From positions 1-53,420 of the IMG/VR virus record IMGVR_UViG_3300042544_000638: a DNA stretch of 53,420 nucleotides; one strand, written 5' to 3'. Under the pieces are notes generated by a model that was given only the letters and a program-made list of their open reading frames with translations, had not been told where the DNA came from and searched no databases. Positions 1 through 8,965 of the stretch are shown piece after piece; position 1 is the stretch's first letter, and the number at the start of each line of letters is the position of its first letter. The DNA comes from a virus. Its lineage: Duplodnaviria > Caudoviricetes. The position numbers and the translations under genes are program-made.

Positions 1-75
1 GCGGAAATAATTCCTACTGCTATTTTTACAATAGCAACGGGAGCGGCTTACGAGTGGAGTCAAATAGGGTGGTAA
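1..75 (+). CDS. 3' end of an upstream ORF (partial, ...AYEWSQIGW*)
   Basis: Frame 1 is open from base 1 to TAA at 73-75, 1 nt before the next ATG. Confidence 0.5.
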   Translation, partial: AEIIPTAIFTIATGAAYEWSQIGW

Positions 76-76
76 A

Positions 77-268
77 ATGGCAGCAGTAAATTTTTTTAAA
101 GTCACAGTATTACCTCAAGTTCTTCAACCGGATAGCTTTTATTACGTAGAGAATGGACAATTCGCAGAGGCATATCTTACAGATAACCAAGGCGTTGCGA
201 AAAAAGTTGGTAATACGGAGATGATCCAGAGTGTAACTCAAGTCATAGATGGTTCGACGTTTATTTAA
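77..268 (+). CDS. Small hypothetical protein, possibly virion-associated
   Basis: 63 aa ORF; the FFKVTxLP..LxPDSFYYVENG N-terminus and IDGxTF C-terminus resemble segments of phage fibre/decoration proteins. Confidence 0.6.
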   Translation: MAAVNFFKVTVLPQVLQPDSFYYVENGQFAEAYLTDNQGVAKKVGNTEMIQSVTQVIDGSTFI

Positions 269-301
269 CAAAGTAATTTCATACCAAGTGCAATTTGCAG
301 C

Positions 302-330
302 TTGACTTTGAACCCTCAAAATAATATAAT
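302..330 (+). promoter_or_regulatory. Sigma70-type promoter for the head operon
   Basis: TTGACT (302-307), 17 bp, TATAAT (325-330), followed by AAGGAGA RBS and ATG at 354. Confidence 0.8.
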
Positions 331-353
331 TACAGAAATTAAAAGGAGAAAAA

Positions 354-746
354 ATGTCTGGAACAAGCTTACTGCGTGATCCGATTAAATACGTCAGAGA
401 CCGGGCAAAATCTAAGTACGAAAAAGGCTCTCAATGTGAAATTTGTGGGAGCACAGAGTCCCTAGACTTTCACCATTACTATACAATGACTCCATTGTTT
501 AATAAGTGGTGCAAGGACAAAGGCTTTACAGTCAAGACAGTAGACGATATACTAGCTATTCGAGATAGTTTTATTGAAGAAGAGCATGATAAAGTCTACA
601 ATCAGACGGTAACTTTGTGTCACGAGCATCACTTGAAGCTTCATAGCGTATACGGAAAAGATCCTACACTAATAACTGCTACTAAGCAGATGAATTGGGT
701 AAGGATTCAAAAGGAGAAACATGAAGCTAGGAAATTGGATCTATGA
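354..746 (+). CDS. HNH (nicking) endonuclease, T5-type, upstream of portal
   Basis: CEICGSTESLDFHH...TLCHEHHLKLH zinc/HNH motifs; same position as the T5 portal-adjacent nicking endonuclease. Confidence 0.8.
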   Translation: MSGTSLLRDPIKYVRDRAKSKYEKGSQCEICGSTESLDFHHYYTMTPLFNKWCKDKGFTVKTVDDILAIRDSFIEEEHDKVYNQTVTLCHEHHLKLHSVYGKDPTLITATKQMNWVRIQKEKHEARKLDL

Positions 747-1905
747 GAAACTAAATCCGGCTCAACGTTGGATAGCCGCAGCTCAGTCTGAAGCTATATC
801 AAAAGAGCCAGAACGCTCATACGTTTATTATTTTGAGAATTTAGAAATCGTGAATCGCGCTGTCAATATGATAGTAGACGATTCTGCAGAAATAAATTTC
901 TCAATCGGTACAGAAAAAGTAGGGTTTCCTGTTAGAGGCGGTTTAAAACGCAAGACAGTTGAGACCCTTTTAAACTATCAACCAAATCCTTTTCAAGATA
1001 TTCACTCATTTAGAAGAAACTTGATTATGGATTTTATGCTAGATGGTAATATTTTTATATATTTTGACGGAAGTCATCTATATCATTTACCCGCTAGTAA
1101 AGTAGTTATATATGCTGATGACCAGACTTACGTAGAAAAATACGAGTTTGAGGGAAGCATAGAATATCTACCAAACGAAATTATACATATCAAGGATAAT
1201 AGTTCTCAGTCAATCTACAGAGGCATCTCTAGACTAAGACCTGCTGTTAGAACTATGAAGTTAATGAAGTCAATGAGAGACTTCCAAGATAACTTCTTTA
1301 ACAACGGAGCCGTTCCCGGATTAGTTATTAAAACTCCAGATACTCTAAGCCCTCGTATTAAAGAGCGTATGAAAGAAGAGTGGAGACAAACTTATAGACC
1401 ACAATCAGGAGGTAGAAATCCTATGATCCTAGATGGTGGTATGTCAGTTGATTCAATCTCAAACGTAAATTTCAAAGAATTAGACTTTGGACCTTCGATT
1501 GACTCAAATGAGAAAATTATTTTAAAAGCGCTAGGCGTACCTCCTGTACTAGTAGACAGCGGTAACAATGCTAATATACGACCAAACCACAGAGTTTATT
1601 ATCTAGAAACAATTATTCCAATAATTAAGAAAATAAATTCGGCATATCAAATGTTCTTTGGTTTCGAAATATACGAAGATGTAGCAGGTATACCAGCACT
1701 ACAACCAGAATTAAAGGATGAAGCAGCCTACTATTCAACCCTAGTAAATGGAGGAATTATTACTCCAGATGAAGCTAGATTAGGAATGGGGATGGAAATT
1801 CTACCTAATTCAGCAGGAGCTGAAATAAGAATACCGGCTAATATCGCGGGTAGCGCAGCTAACCCAAGCCAGGGCGGAAGACCCGCAGATAATACGGAGC
1901 AATAA
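721..1905 (+). CDS. Portal protein (HK97/T5 pb7-like)
   Basis: LLNYQPNPFQ, GNIFIY, EIIHIKD, FFNNGAVPG, ILDGGM, ALGVPPVL, GIITPDEAR portal motifs; 394 aa. Confidence 0.93.
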   Translation: MKLGNWIYEKLNPAQRWIAAAQSEAISKEPERSYVYYFENLEIVNRAVNMIVDDSAEINFSIGTEKVGFPVRGGLKRKTVETLLNYQPNPFQDIHSFRRNLIMDFMLDGNIFIYFDGSHLYHLPASKVVIYADDQTYVEKYEFEGSIEYLPNEIIHIKDNSSQSIYRGISRLRPAVRTMKLMKSMRDFQDNFFNNGAVPGLVIKTPDTLSPRIKERMKEEWRQTYRPQSGGRNPMILDGGMSVDSISNVNFKELDFGPSIDSNEKIILKALGVPPVLVDSGNNANIRPNHRVYYLETIIPIIKKINSAYQMFFGFEIYEDVAGIPALQPELKDEAAYYSTLVNGGIITPDEARLGMGMEILPNSAGAEIRIPANIAGSAANPSQGGRPADNTEQ

Positions 1906-2201
1906 TGTCAAAAATAGCAGTACTAAAAGAGTTAGACAAGTACTTTAAAGAGAAAGGAAAAGTACTAACCTATAACGAATATATCCAACAAGAGGATGCA
2001 CCCGTAAGAGTTCATATCATTAAAAGAGTGGTAGGACCTTGGGGACGTATGGAAAGACTACTAGGTAAAATTCCTGCGGAAGTAGTGGTAAGTGTCGGGG
2101 TTGAGGCTGTAGAAGCCGCGCCAGCACCTATCGAAGCTCCAGTAGCAGAGCCAGCAGAAGAGCCTGTAGCAGAAGCACCAAAAACGGCTAAGAAGAAATA
2201 A
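1905..2201 (+). CDS. Hypothetical protein with Ala/Pro/Glu-rich tail
   Basis: 98 aa; TAATG overlap with portal stop; stop is 1 nt before the next gene. Confidence 0.7.
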   Translation: MSKIAVLKELDKYFKEKGKVLTYNEYIQQEDAPVRVHIIKRVVGPWGRMERLLGKIPAEVVVSVGVEAVEAAPAPIEAPVAEPAEEPVAEAPKTAKKK

Positions 2202-2202
2202 C

Positions 2203-4869
2203 ATGGCCCGAGTAGGAGGAGAAGAAATCGATCTAACCCCTACAGACGGCATGGCTAAAGAAGCACAAAGAGCACTAGACTGGAGAAAGGAAGGCTTCGA
2301 TGGAGGCACTCCGGTAGGTCTAGCAAGAGCAAGACAACTAGTAAATAAGCAGGAGCTATCTCCTAGCACAGTTCGTAGAATGCATAGCTTTTTTAGCCGT
2401 CATGAAGTAGATAAACAAGGCGAAGGATTCAGCCCAGGAGAACCTGGTTATCCTTCAAATGGTAGAGTCGCTTGGGCTTTGTGGGGCGGAGACGCGGGAC
2501 AAACATGGGCAAGAGCTAAATCAGAAACTTTAGATCGTCTAGAAAATAAAAACATAGACTATTTATTAGAACCTCTAGATGACGAAGAAGATGATGATGA
2601 TGATTATAAGGCAGCAGCTAGCTCCCTGAAAGTAGGAAACTTTGTTAAGTGGAGATCCTCAGGAGGTACCGCTAAAGGTCGTATTGAACACATTATGACC
2701 GAAGGAGTGCTAGGCATACCTGACAGCAGCTTTTCTATAGAAGCAACAAAAGATGATCCTGCAGTACTTATACGAATTTATAGGGATGGCAGCGAAACGG
2801 ATACCTTAGTTGGTCATAGAGCTTCTACGCTGACAAAGATAACAGAAGAAGAAGCTATGAAAAGCTTAAAGAGGCAATCTATGCAAAAGATTTTCAAATT
2901 AGATTCTTCAATTAAATCAGTTGAAGAAGGCGAAACAGAATTAAAAATCGCCGGCTATGCTAGTACAAATTCTATTGATAGATCTTCTGATAAGATCTTA
3001 TCAACAGCATGGACTAAAGGCGGATTAAAGAATTTCCAAAACAATCCAATTTTACTATTTAATCATAATTACGATAAACCAATAGGTAGAGTCGTAGAAG
3101 TAGATACAGATAGTAAAGGATTAAGGATCAAAGGCGTTATCAGTAAAAGTGCTGGTGATGTTTACAATTTAGTTAAAGAAGGCGTGCTATCAACATTTTC
3201 AGTTGGTTTTATGATTAAGGACGCAGATTACGATAAATCTGCAGATGGCTTAATCATTAAAGATGCCGAACTTTTAGAGGTATCAGTAGTTTCTGTACCA
3301 TGTAACCAAGATGCTACATTCTCAGTAGCTAAATCATTCGATAATCAAGAAGATTATCACACTTTCAAAAAACAATTTGTTGAAAATGCTCTAGGTGGTC
3401 AGCCTTCCGCTGAAACCGGAGGCTCATCAGAGGGCGCGAACGTAGCGTCAAGGAAATTAAAAATGGACGAACAAAATACACAGGACATGATCAATAAGGC
3501 AGTTGCTGATGCTCTAGCCGCTTCACAGAAAGCAGCAGAGGAAAAAGCAGCTAAGGAAGCAGCTGAGAAAGCTGCTGCTGAAGCACTTGAGCAAAAAGTT
3601 GTAGAAGCAACCGCAAAGGTTCTAGCTTCTTCAGAAGAAAAAATCGTAGCTGAACTAGAGAAGCGTTTCCAAGCTAAGGAAATCGACCTAGAAAAAGCTG
3701 TTGAAGGCCTACGCGGTGAACTAGCTGAAAAGAGCGAAGAAATCCGCAACATCACAAACTCAAAGCGCGTATTCTCAGATCGCGGAGACAGCTCACAAGA
3801 TTGGGTAAAGCAAAATATGTCAGAAATGGAAGATGCATTTCTTCTTGCTCGCATCACAGGAAAGGGCTACGAAACAAAGTTCGCAAAGCAACTTCTAGAA
3901 AAAGCTAACGGCAACTCTTCAGTAGTTGTAACAGACAATCTAGAGCGTGAAGTTTCAACAAACATCGAAAGAGATATTCAAAATGAACTAATTCTCGCTC
4001 CAATGTTCCGTGAAATTGCTATGAACTCAGCTAGCATGGTTCTACCTGTAATGCCAGATACTGGATATGCTGAAGTAGTAAGCGGTGCTGGTTCTTCAGA
4101 CGCTACAAAGTTCAAGGGTACAATTGACGAAAAAGGAGGAACCAACCGTGCTGGTATCACTCTAACTGAAGTCGATCTTCGTACAATCAAACTAGTAGCT
4201 AAGAGCTATCTATCAAACGAAACAGAAGAAGATGCAATTCTTCCAATTCTTCCACTTCTACGTGAAGCAATGGTTCGCCAGCATGCTCGTGGTGTAGAAA
4301 ATATGTTCCTATTTGGTGCACACTCAGACGGTGCATACAGTGGTACATCAAATCTAAATGGTCTAATTCAGTATGCAGCAGCAAATTCTGGAGCACTAAC
4401 CATCAACACTGGAACAGCAGGAACTCTACCAGCTCTAACAGCAGGTGCAAGTGGTGCAGGTCTACTAACTCTTCGTAAGAATATGGGCAAATATGGTCTA
4501 CGTGCTGCTGATATTGCATATATCGTATCACAACGCGCATATTTCGAACTACTAGAAGATCCAGAATTCCAAGACTTCAACCTAGTTAACACACAAGCTA
4601 CTAAGCTAAACGGTGAAGTTGGTCAAATCTTCGGATCACCAGTAATGGTTTGTGACGAGTTCTCAACACCAGCCGCTGGTAAGTACTACGCTCTAGCTGT
4701 TAACACTCGCAACTTCGTAGTTCCACGTCAACGTGGTGTTACTGTAGAAAGCGACTACAGTGTAGAAGAGCAGCACAGAGTTCTAGTAACTTCACAGCGT
4801 CTAGGATTCAAGGAAATCATCGTCGGAGCACCTTCAGTGTTCGGACTAAAGTATCCAAACGCATCATAA
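2203..4869 (+). CDS. Fused head polyprotein: N-terminal accessory domains + HK97-type prohead protease (from ~2881) + major capsid protein with delta/scaffold domain (from ~3463)
   Basis: Protease motifs IAGYAST..DRSSD, NPILLFNHN, FSVGF, LEVSVVSVPCNQDA; coiled-coil delta domain, then HK97-fold MCP (LRKNMGKYG, GEVGQIFGSPVMV); no in-frame stop. Confidence 0.9.
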   Translation: MARVGGEEIDLTPTDGMAKEAQRALDWRKEGFDGGTPVGLARARQLVNKQELSPSTVRRMHSFFSRHEVDKQGEGFSPGEPGYPSNGRVAWALWGGDAGQTWARAKSETLDRLENKNIDYLLEPLDDEEDDDDDYKAAASSLKVGNFVKWRSSGGTAKGRIEHIMTEGVLGIPDSSFSIEATKDDPAVLIRIYRDGSETDTLVGHRASTLTKITEEEAMKSLKRQSMQKIFKLDSSIKSVEEGETELKIAGYASTNSIDRSSDKILSTAWTKGGLKNFQNNPILLFNHNYDKPIGRVVEVDTDSKGLRIKGVISKSAGDVYNLVKEGVLSTFSVGFMIKDADYDKSADGLIIKDAELLEVSVVSVPCNQDATFSVAKSFDNQEDYHTFKKQFVENALGGQPSAETGGSSEGANVASRKLKMDEQNTQDMINKAVADALAASQKAAEEKAAKEAAEKAAAEALEQKVVEATAKVLASSEEKIVAELEKRFQAKEIDLEKAVEGLRGELAEKSEEIRNITNSKRVFSDRGDSSQDWVKQNMSEMEDAFLLARITGKGYETKFAKQLLEKANGNSSVVVTDNLEREVSTNIERDIQNELILAPMFREIAMNSASMVLPVMPDTGYAEVVSGAGSSDATKFKGTIDEKGGTNRAGITLTEVDLRTIKLVAKSYLSNETEEDAILPILPLLREAMVRQHARGVENMFLFGAHSDGAYSGTSNLNGLIQYAAANSGALTINTGTAGTLPALTAGASGAGLLTLRKNMGKYGLRAADIAYIVSQRAYFELLEDPEFQDFNLVNTQATKLNGEVGQIFGSPVMVCDEFSTPAAGKYYALAVNTRNFVVPRQRGVTVESDYSVEEQHRVLVTSQRLGFKEIIVGAPSVFGLKYPNAS

Positions 4870-4881
4870 TAATTAGCTGGG

Positions 4882-4915
4882 AAGGGGGTTGCTGCTACCA
4901 GCAGCCCCCTTTTCA
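4882..4915 (+). terminator. Rho-independent terminator after the capsid gene
   Basis: AAGGGGGTTGCTG-CTAC-CAGCAGCCCCCTT stem followed by T-rich tail. Confidence 0.85.
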
Positions 4916-4928
4916 TTTGGAGTAAATA

Positions 4929-5492
4929 ATGGCAGCTTTAATAACACTCGAAGATTATAAGCTTTACAAGAAGCTGACCAAAACTGATAGCGACGAAGAA
5001 CTCGGCTCTATCATTGCTTCAGTTAGTGCGCTAGTTAAAACTTATTGTGGACACACTTTCATAGATTATTATTCTACTCCTAAAGTAGAAACATTTAATA
5101 TCAAACCATCTCAACACGCAATACTGTTAAACGAATGGCCTGTAAATACAGTTAGTCTAGTACAGTATAGAGAAGATTCAGCTAGTGCTTATCAGACAAT
5201 GGCTACTACAGATTATTATGTGGATACTTCCATTGATACTTTATTTATTCATAATGGATATTGGCAGGAAGGTTTCGGCTCAGTAAGAGTAACTTACACT
5301 GCTGGTTATCAAACGACTCCTGAAGATGTAAGAATCGCATGTCTCGATCTCGTTCATCACTATCACAAAGAAGAATACAAGGAACGTAAAACTCTAGGTG
5401 CAGCAACAATTGACACTGGACTTAGCAAGCAAGGAAATTCTAGATGGCCTGCTCACGTTGTTCGTATTCTAGATATGTATAGAAATGGCTAA
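4929..5492 (+). CDS. Head-tail adaptor / head completion protein (T5 p144-like)
   Basis: LITLEDYK start, VKTYCG, VTYTAGY..PEDVRIACLDLV motifs; position after MCP. Confidence 0.85.
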   Translation: MAALITLEDYKLYKKLTKTDSDEELGSIIASVSALVKTYCGHTFIDYYSTPKVETFNIKPSQHAILLNEWPVNTVSLVQYREDSASAYQTMATTDYYVDTSIDTLFIHNGYWQEGFGSVRVTYTAGYQTTPEDVRIACLDLVHHYHKEEYKERKTLGAATIDTGLSKQGNSRWPAHVVRILDMYRNG

Positions 5493-6924
5493 TGCTAATT
5501 TATTATCTTTAGTAAGACAAGTTAATTACGAACTTAACAAAAAAGTTAGAGGTAGGAAAGGCGGCAAACTAAGAGAGCTATTAGATGTATATGAGCACTC
5601 ATTTACTACCGGAGTCGATCTAGTAAAAAAGCAAGTAGACAAAGAGATAAAAACTAGATTAAACATACCTAATATATCTAGAAATAAGCAGGTATCGGAT
5701 GCTATTAATATTTATGTAGAAACAGTCTACAATAATGCTGCTAGAAAAAATAAGAAGGTAGTTAATATAGAAGTTACCGGAAATAAAACACATTTTACAG
5801 CAGTTATAACCCCTATTGTAAATGTAGGACAAACTAATGTATTTGATGCTGTGCAGCGACTACGAAAGGAACCTTTAAAAAAATTAGCGGAAACTTTAGA
5901 ACCAATTATTAATAGTATAACAGATAATCCTTCAGAAGTTAAAAATGTATTATTTGGAACTTCGAGAACTTTTACAAAAAAAGATAAAGAAGGACGAACA
6001 AGCGAAATAGAGTATCGATCCGGAGGACTATTACAACAAGGTCACTCTACCGGAGCTTCTGTAGCAGAAAAATCTATATTTAGATGGGCTGCAGAAGATA
6101 AATTTGGTGTATATAAGAGTAAAGTTGAAGATTTAAATCCTATACTACTAAAAGTTGCAACAACTGTAAATACAGCCAAATCTGATAGACTAAAAGAGTT
6201 AGGTTTTGAAGTAGATATAAGTAAAGTAGCTACTTTTGATGAGTCTGCTACATTAAACATGAGAAAGGGATCTAACGAGGAAAAAGCTTTTCTTAAAGAA
6301 ATTCGTAATGCTGTTAATGAAGCTATGACAACTATATTTAGCAAAAAAGGAACTGCAGAATGGGCAGCATTTAAATCCTCTTCTAGTAGTTTGGACCTAA
6401 TTCCTGGTAGAGTTACTCCAAGGAAACTAGGTGGCCTAAGAGCAAAAGGCAAATTACCAAAAGAAGAAAAAGAAACCAGTAAGAAATTAAATAGTCAACT
6501 ACAACTTCAACTACAAAGAACGGTAGTAAAAAGTACGCAAGCTGATATTATTAAAGGAAGTTCTAATAATCGAAGAGTAGCTAAGCAACCTGAACGTCCT
6601 GAACAAAATTGGAATTCTTTATTGCCTATAATAAATAGCAAATTAACTCCGAGAGTTATCGCTAATATGAGATTACCTTCTCTGGTAAATAGAACCGGAA
6701 GATTCGCTCAATCAGCAGAAGTCGTAAGAATTGAAGAAACAAGAGAAGGTTTCCCATCTTTTGTATTTAATTATGAAAGAGATCCCTATGATGTGTTTGA
6801 CAGAACACTAGGAAGAGCGCCTTGGAATACGCCCGAGAGAGATCCAAGAGCCTTAGTAGATAAATCTGTAAGAGAGATAGTCAGAGAAATGGCAATAAAT
6901 CGTTTTTACACTAGGAGAGCTTAA
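5485..6924 (+). CDS. Tail completion / neck protein (T5 p143-like), unusually long
   Basis: C-terminal LVNRTGRFAQS...PYDVF...RDPRALVDKSVREI motif typical of T5-like neck proteins; synteny. Confidence 0.7.
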   Translation: MANANLLSLVRQVNYELNKKVRGRKGGKLRELLDVYEHSFTTGVDLVKKQVDKEIKTRLNIPNISRNKQVSDAINIYVETVYNNAARKNKKVVNIEVTGNKTHFTAVITPIVNVGQTNVFDAVQRLRKEPLKKLAETLEPIINSITDNPSEVKNVLFGTSRTFTKKDKEGRTSEIEYRSGGLLQQGHSTGASVAEKSIFRWAAEDKFGVYKSKVEDLNPILLKVATTVNTAKSDRLKELGFEVDISKVATFDESATLNMRKGSNEEKAFLKEIRNAVNEAMTTIFSKKGTAEWAAFKSSSSSLDLIPGRVTPRKLGGLRAKGKLPKEEKETSKKLNSQLQLQLQRTVVKSTQADIIKGSSNNRRVAKQPERPEQNWNSLLPIINSKLTPRVIANMRLPSLVNRTGRFAQSAEVVRIEETREGFPSFVFNYERDPYDVFDRTLGRAPWNTPERDPRALVDKSVREIVREMAINRFYTRRA

Positions 6925-7373
6925 TGACAGTAATAAACAAAACTAGAAGAAGCTCAATTGTAGAAGCTTTGGAAGACAAGCTAAAAGCTATTAGTCTTGC
7001 AAATGACTACTCTACAGATTTAGGGCAGCAAGTTTATCCACGTATGAAATTCTGGGATGAAATATCAGAATTTCCTTGCGTATGCCTCGTAGCCGGACCT
7101 GAAACAATAGTTCACCAAGGCGGAGGAATGAAAGACAGATACTTAGATGTAACTCTAAGGGCGTATGTAAATGAGGAAGACTCTATAGTAGCCTTAGAAA
7201 GATTACTGGAAGATATCGAATTAATTATTGACAGAAATGGCAGGTTGGCATACGTCGATTCTTCCGGTAATCTAGGATATACTAGAGATATAATTATTAC
7301 ACTAATAGACACAGATCAGGGAGCCCTTGCACCGTTGGGTGTAGGCGAAATGTCCCTACAAGTAAAGTACTAA
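6924..7373 (+). CDS. Tail terminator protein (T5 p142-like)
   Basis: RSSIVEAL, KFWDEISEFP, IDTDQGALAPLGVGEM..QVKY; directly upstream of tail tube. Confidence 0.8.
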   Translation: MTVINKTRRSSIVEALEDKLKAISLANDYSTDLGQQVYPRMKFWDEISEFPCVCLVAGPETIVHQGGGMKDRYLDVTLRAYVNEEDSIVALERLLEDIELIIDRNGRLAYVDSSGNLGYTRDIIITLIDTDQGALAPLGVGEMSLQVKY

Positions 7374-7391
7374 GTACTTTAGGAGATTAAA

Positions 7392-8870
7392 ATGGCAGTA
7401 GGCGATACAAACCTATTTTTCAATAGAGATACAAAGGTATACGCAGTACAATACACAGGCGATGCAGTCGCTAACGTTTGGGAGCTTCCGGTTCTAAACG
7501 GCTACTCATTTAGCCAGTCAACAAATTCAAGCCAGGTAACACTTAACGAAATGGCAAGTGTTACAGGTAATAGCCGTCGTGGCCAAGCCTCATTCAACGA
7601 CTCACTAGCACCAGCTGAGTGGAGCTTTGATATGTATGCTAGACCAACTTCAGTAAGTTCAGTAGTTCGCGCACCAGAAGAAATTCTATGGAATGCCATG
7701 CTGTCTGAGACCACAATGTACCCAGCAGCTGGTCTTGCTGCAGGTCTTCCATTCGGAAACGGTGCCGCATTGGCCTCTGGAGTAGTGACTTTAACATTTA
7801 CTACAGCAGCACCTACAGGAGGCACTTACTTCAAGGTAGGGGATACTATTACTGTAACAGGAGTTACTTATACTAATAGTGCTCCAGCAGTAGGTACTGG
7901 TGCTAATGACTTCGTAGTAACAGCAGTAGCTAATGGTACTGTAAGTTATGCAGCTCCATTAGGGACTACAGCAGTTGCTTCAACAACGGGACTTGTAACC
8001 TCAGCTACTTTTGCTACAGATGGTAACAAATTAGACTTCCTTCCTAAGTCATCAAACAAAACAAAACTAGGTACTATAGATTTATTCTTCGTACTAGGTG
8101 CAGCAAAAGCTGGTGGTACTGCAGATGTTTATACTGAATCAGATGCTACTACAATCTATAAGATTTCTAACTGCTGTGTAAATGAAGCTACCATAAACTT
8201 TGAAATTGATGGAATCACTACAATCTCTTTCTCAGGAATGGGTACACAGATTACAGAAATGCCAAAGTATAGATTCACTGGCGCTACAGGCACTGGGATC
8301 AACCTAAACCCAGATAGAACTGCTGATACAACATATACACTGTTTAAGCATGGTATAACTTCTACTACTAATATGATTCGTAATAGACCTACAGCTCTAA
8401 GTATTATAGGTACAAACGCTCCAATTAATAGTGGAAACCCTAAGACTTATGGAATCACATTAACAGGTGGTAGCATTACTGTCAGTAATAATATGACGTT
8501 CTTAACACCAGAAGCAATCGGAGTAGTGAACGTTCCTCTAGGGCACGTAACTGGTACACGTTCTGTAAGCGGAAACTTTACTTGCTATGCAGATGAGCTA
8601 ACAAATGGAAGCATTGATCTTTATCAAGATCTAATCGCAGCTACCACTCTTATCACTAACAAGCACCAATTACAATTCTTTGTAGGCGGACGCGGAAGTG
8701 CAGCAGGATTCCCAGCATCTCCAGGTGTTTTATTCGACCTTGGACAATGCCATCTAGAGATTCCTACTATTAATATTGACGACGTAATTGGCTTCGAAGT
8801 TAACTTCACTGCTCTACCTACCACAATTAGCGGAACAGATGAATTAACAAGAATTCGTTACGTAGCCTAA
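7392..8870 (+). CDS. Major tail tube protein (T5 pb6-like)
   Basis: RDTKVY, ELPVLNGYSFSQ, FNDSLAPAEWSF, GHVTGTRSVSGNFTCY motifs; AGGAG RBS. Confidence 0.88.
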   Translation: MAVGDTNLFFNRDTKVYAVQYTGDAVANVWELPVLNGYSFSQSTNSSQVTLNEMASVTGNSRRGQASFNDSLAPAEWSFDMYARPTSVSSVVRAPEEILWNAMLSETTMYPAAGLAAGLPFGNGAALASGVVTLTFTTAAPTGGTYFKVGDTITVTGVTYTNSAPAVGTGANDFVVTAVANGTVSYAAPLGTTAVASTTGLVTSATFATDGNKLDFLPKSSNKTKLGTIDLFFVLGAAKAGGTADVYTESDATTIYKISNCCVNEATINFEIDGITTISFSGMGTQITEMPKYRFTGATGTGINLNPDRTADTTYTLFKHGITSTTNMIRNRPTALSIIGTNAPINSGNPKTYGITLTGGSITVSNNMTFLTPEAIGVVNVPLGHVTGTRSVSGNFTCYADELTNGSIDLYQDLIAATTLITNKHQLQFFVGGRGSAAGFPASPGVLFDLGQCHLEIPTINIDDVIGFEVNFTALPTTISGTDELTRIRYVA

Positions 8871-8873
8871 TAA

Positions 8874-8913
8874 AAAAATAGTTCTTGACATTTAGGACTA
8901 TACAATTTATAAT
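8874..8913 (+). promoter_or_regulatory. Perfect-consensus sigma70 promoter with AAAATAGTTC upstream motif
   Basis: TTGACA (8885-8890), 17 bp, TATAAT (8908-8913). Confidence 0.8.
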
Positions 8914-8924
8914 TAGATAAATTC

Positions 8925-8958
8925 GGGGGAGCAAAAGCTGATTTTGCTCCCCCTTCTT
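8925..8958 (+). terminator. Terminator-like hairpin after the tail tube gene
   Basis: GGGGGAGCAAAA-GCTGA-TTTTGCTCCCCC, 12-bp stem followed by TTCTT. Confidence 0.75.
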
Positions 8959-8965
8959 GTAAGAT

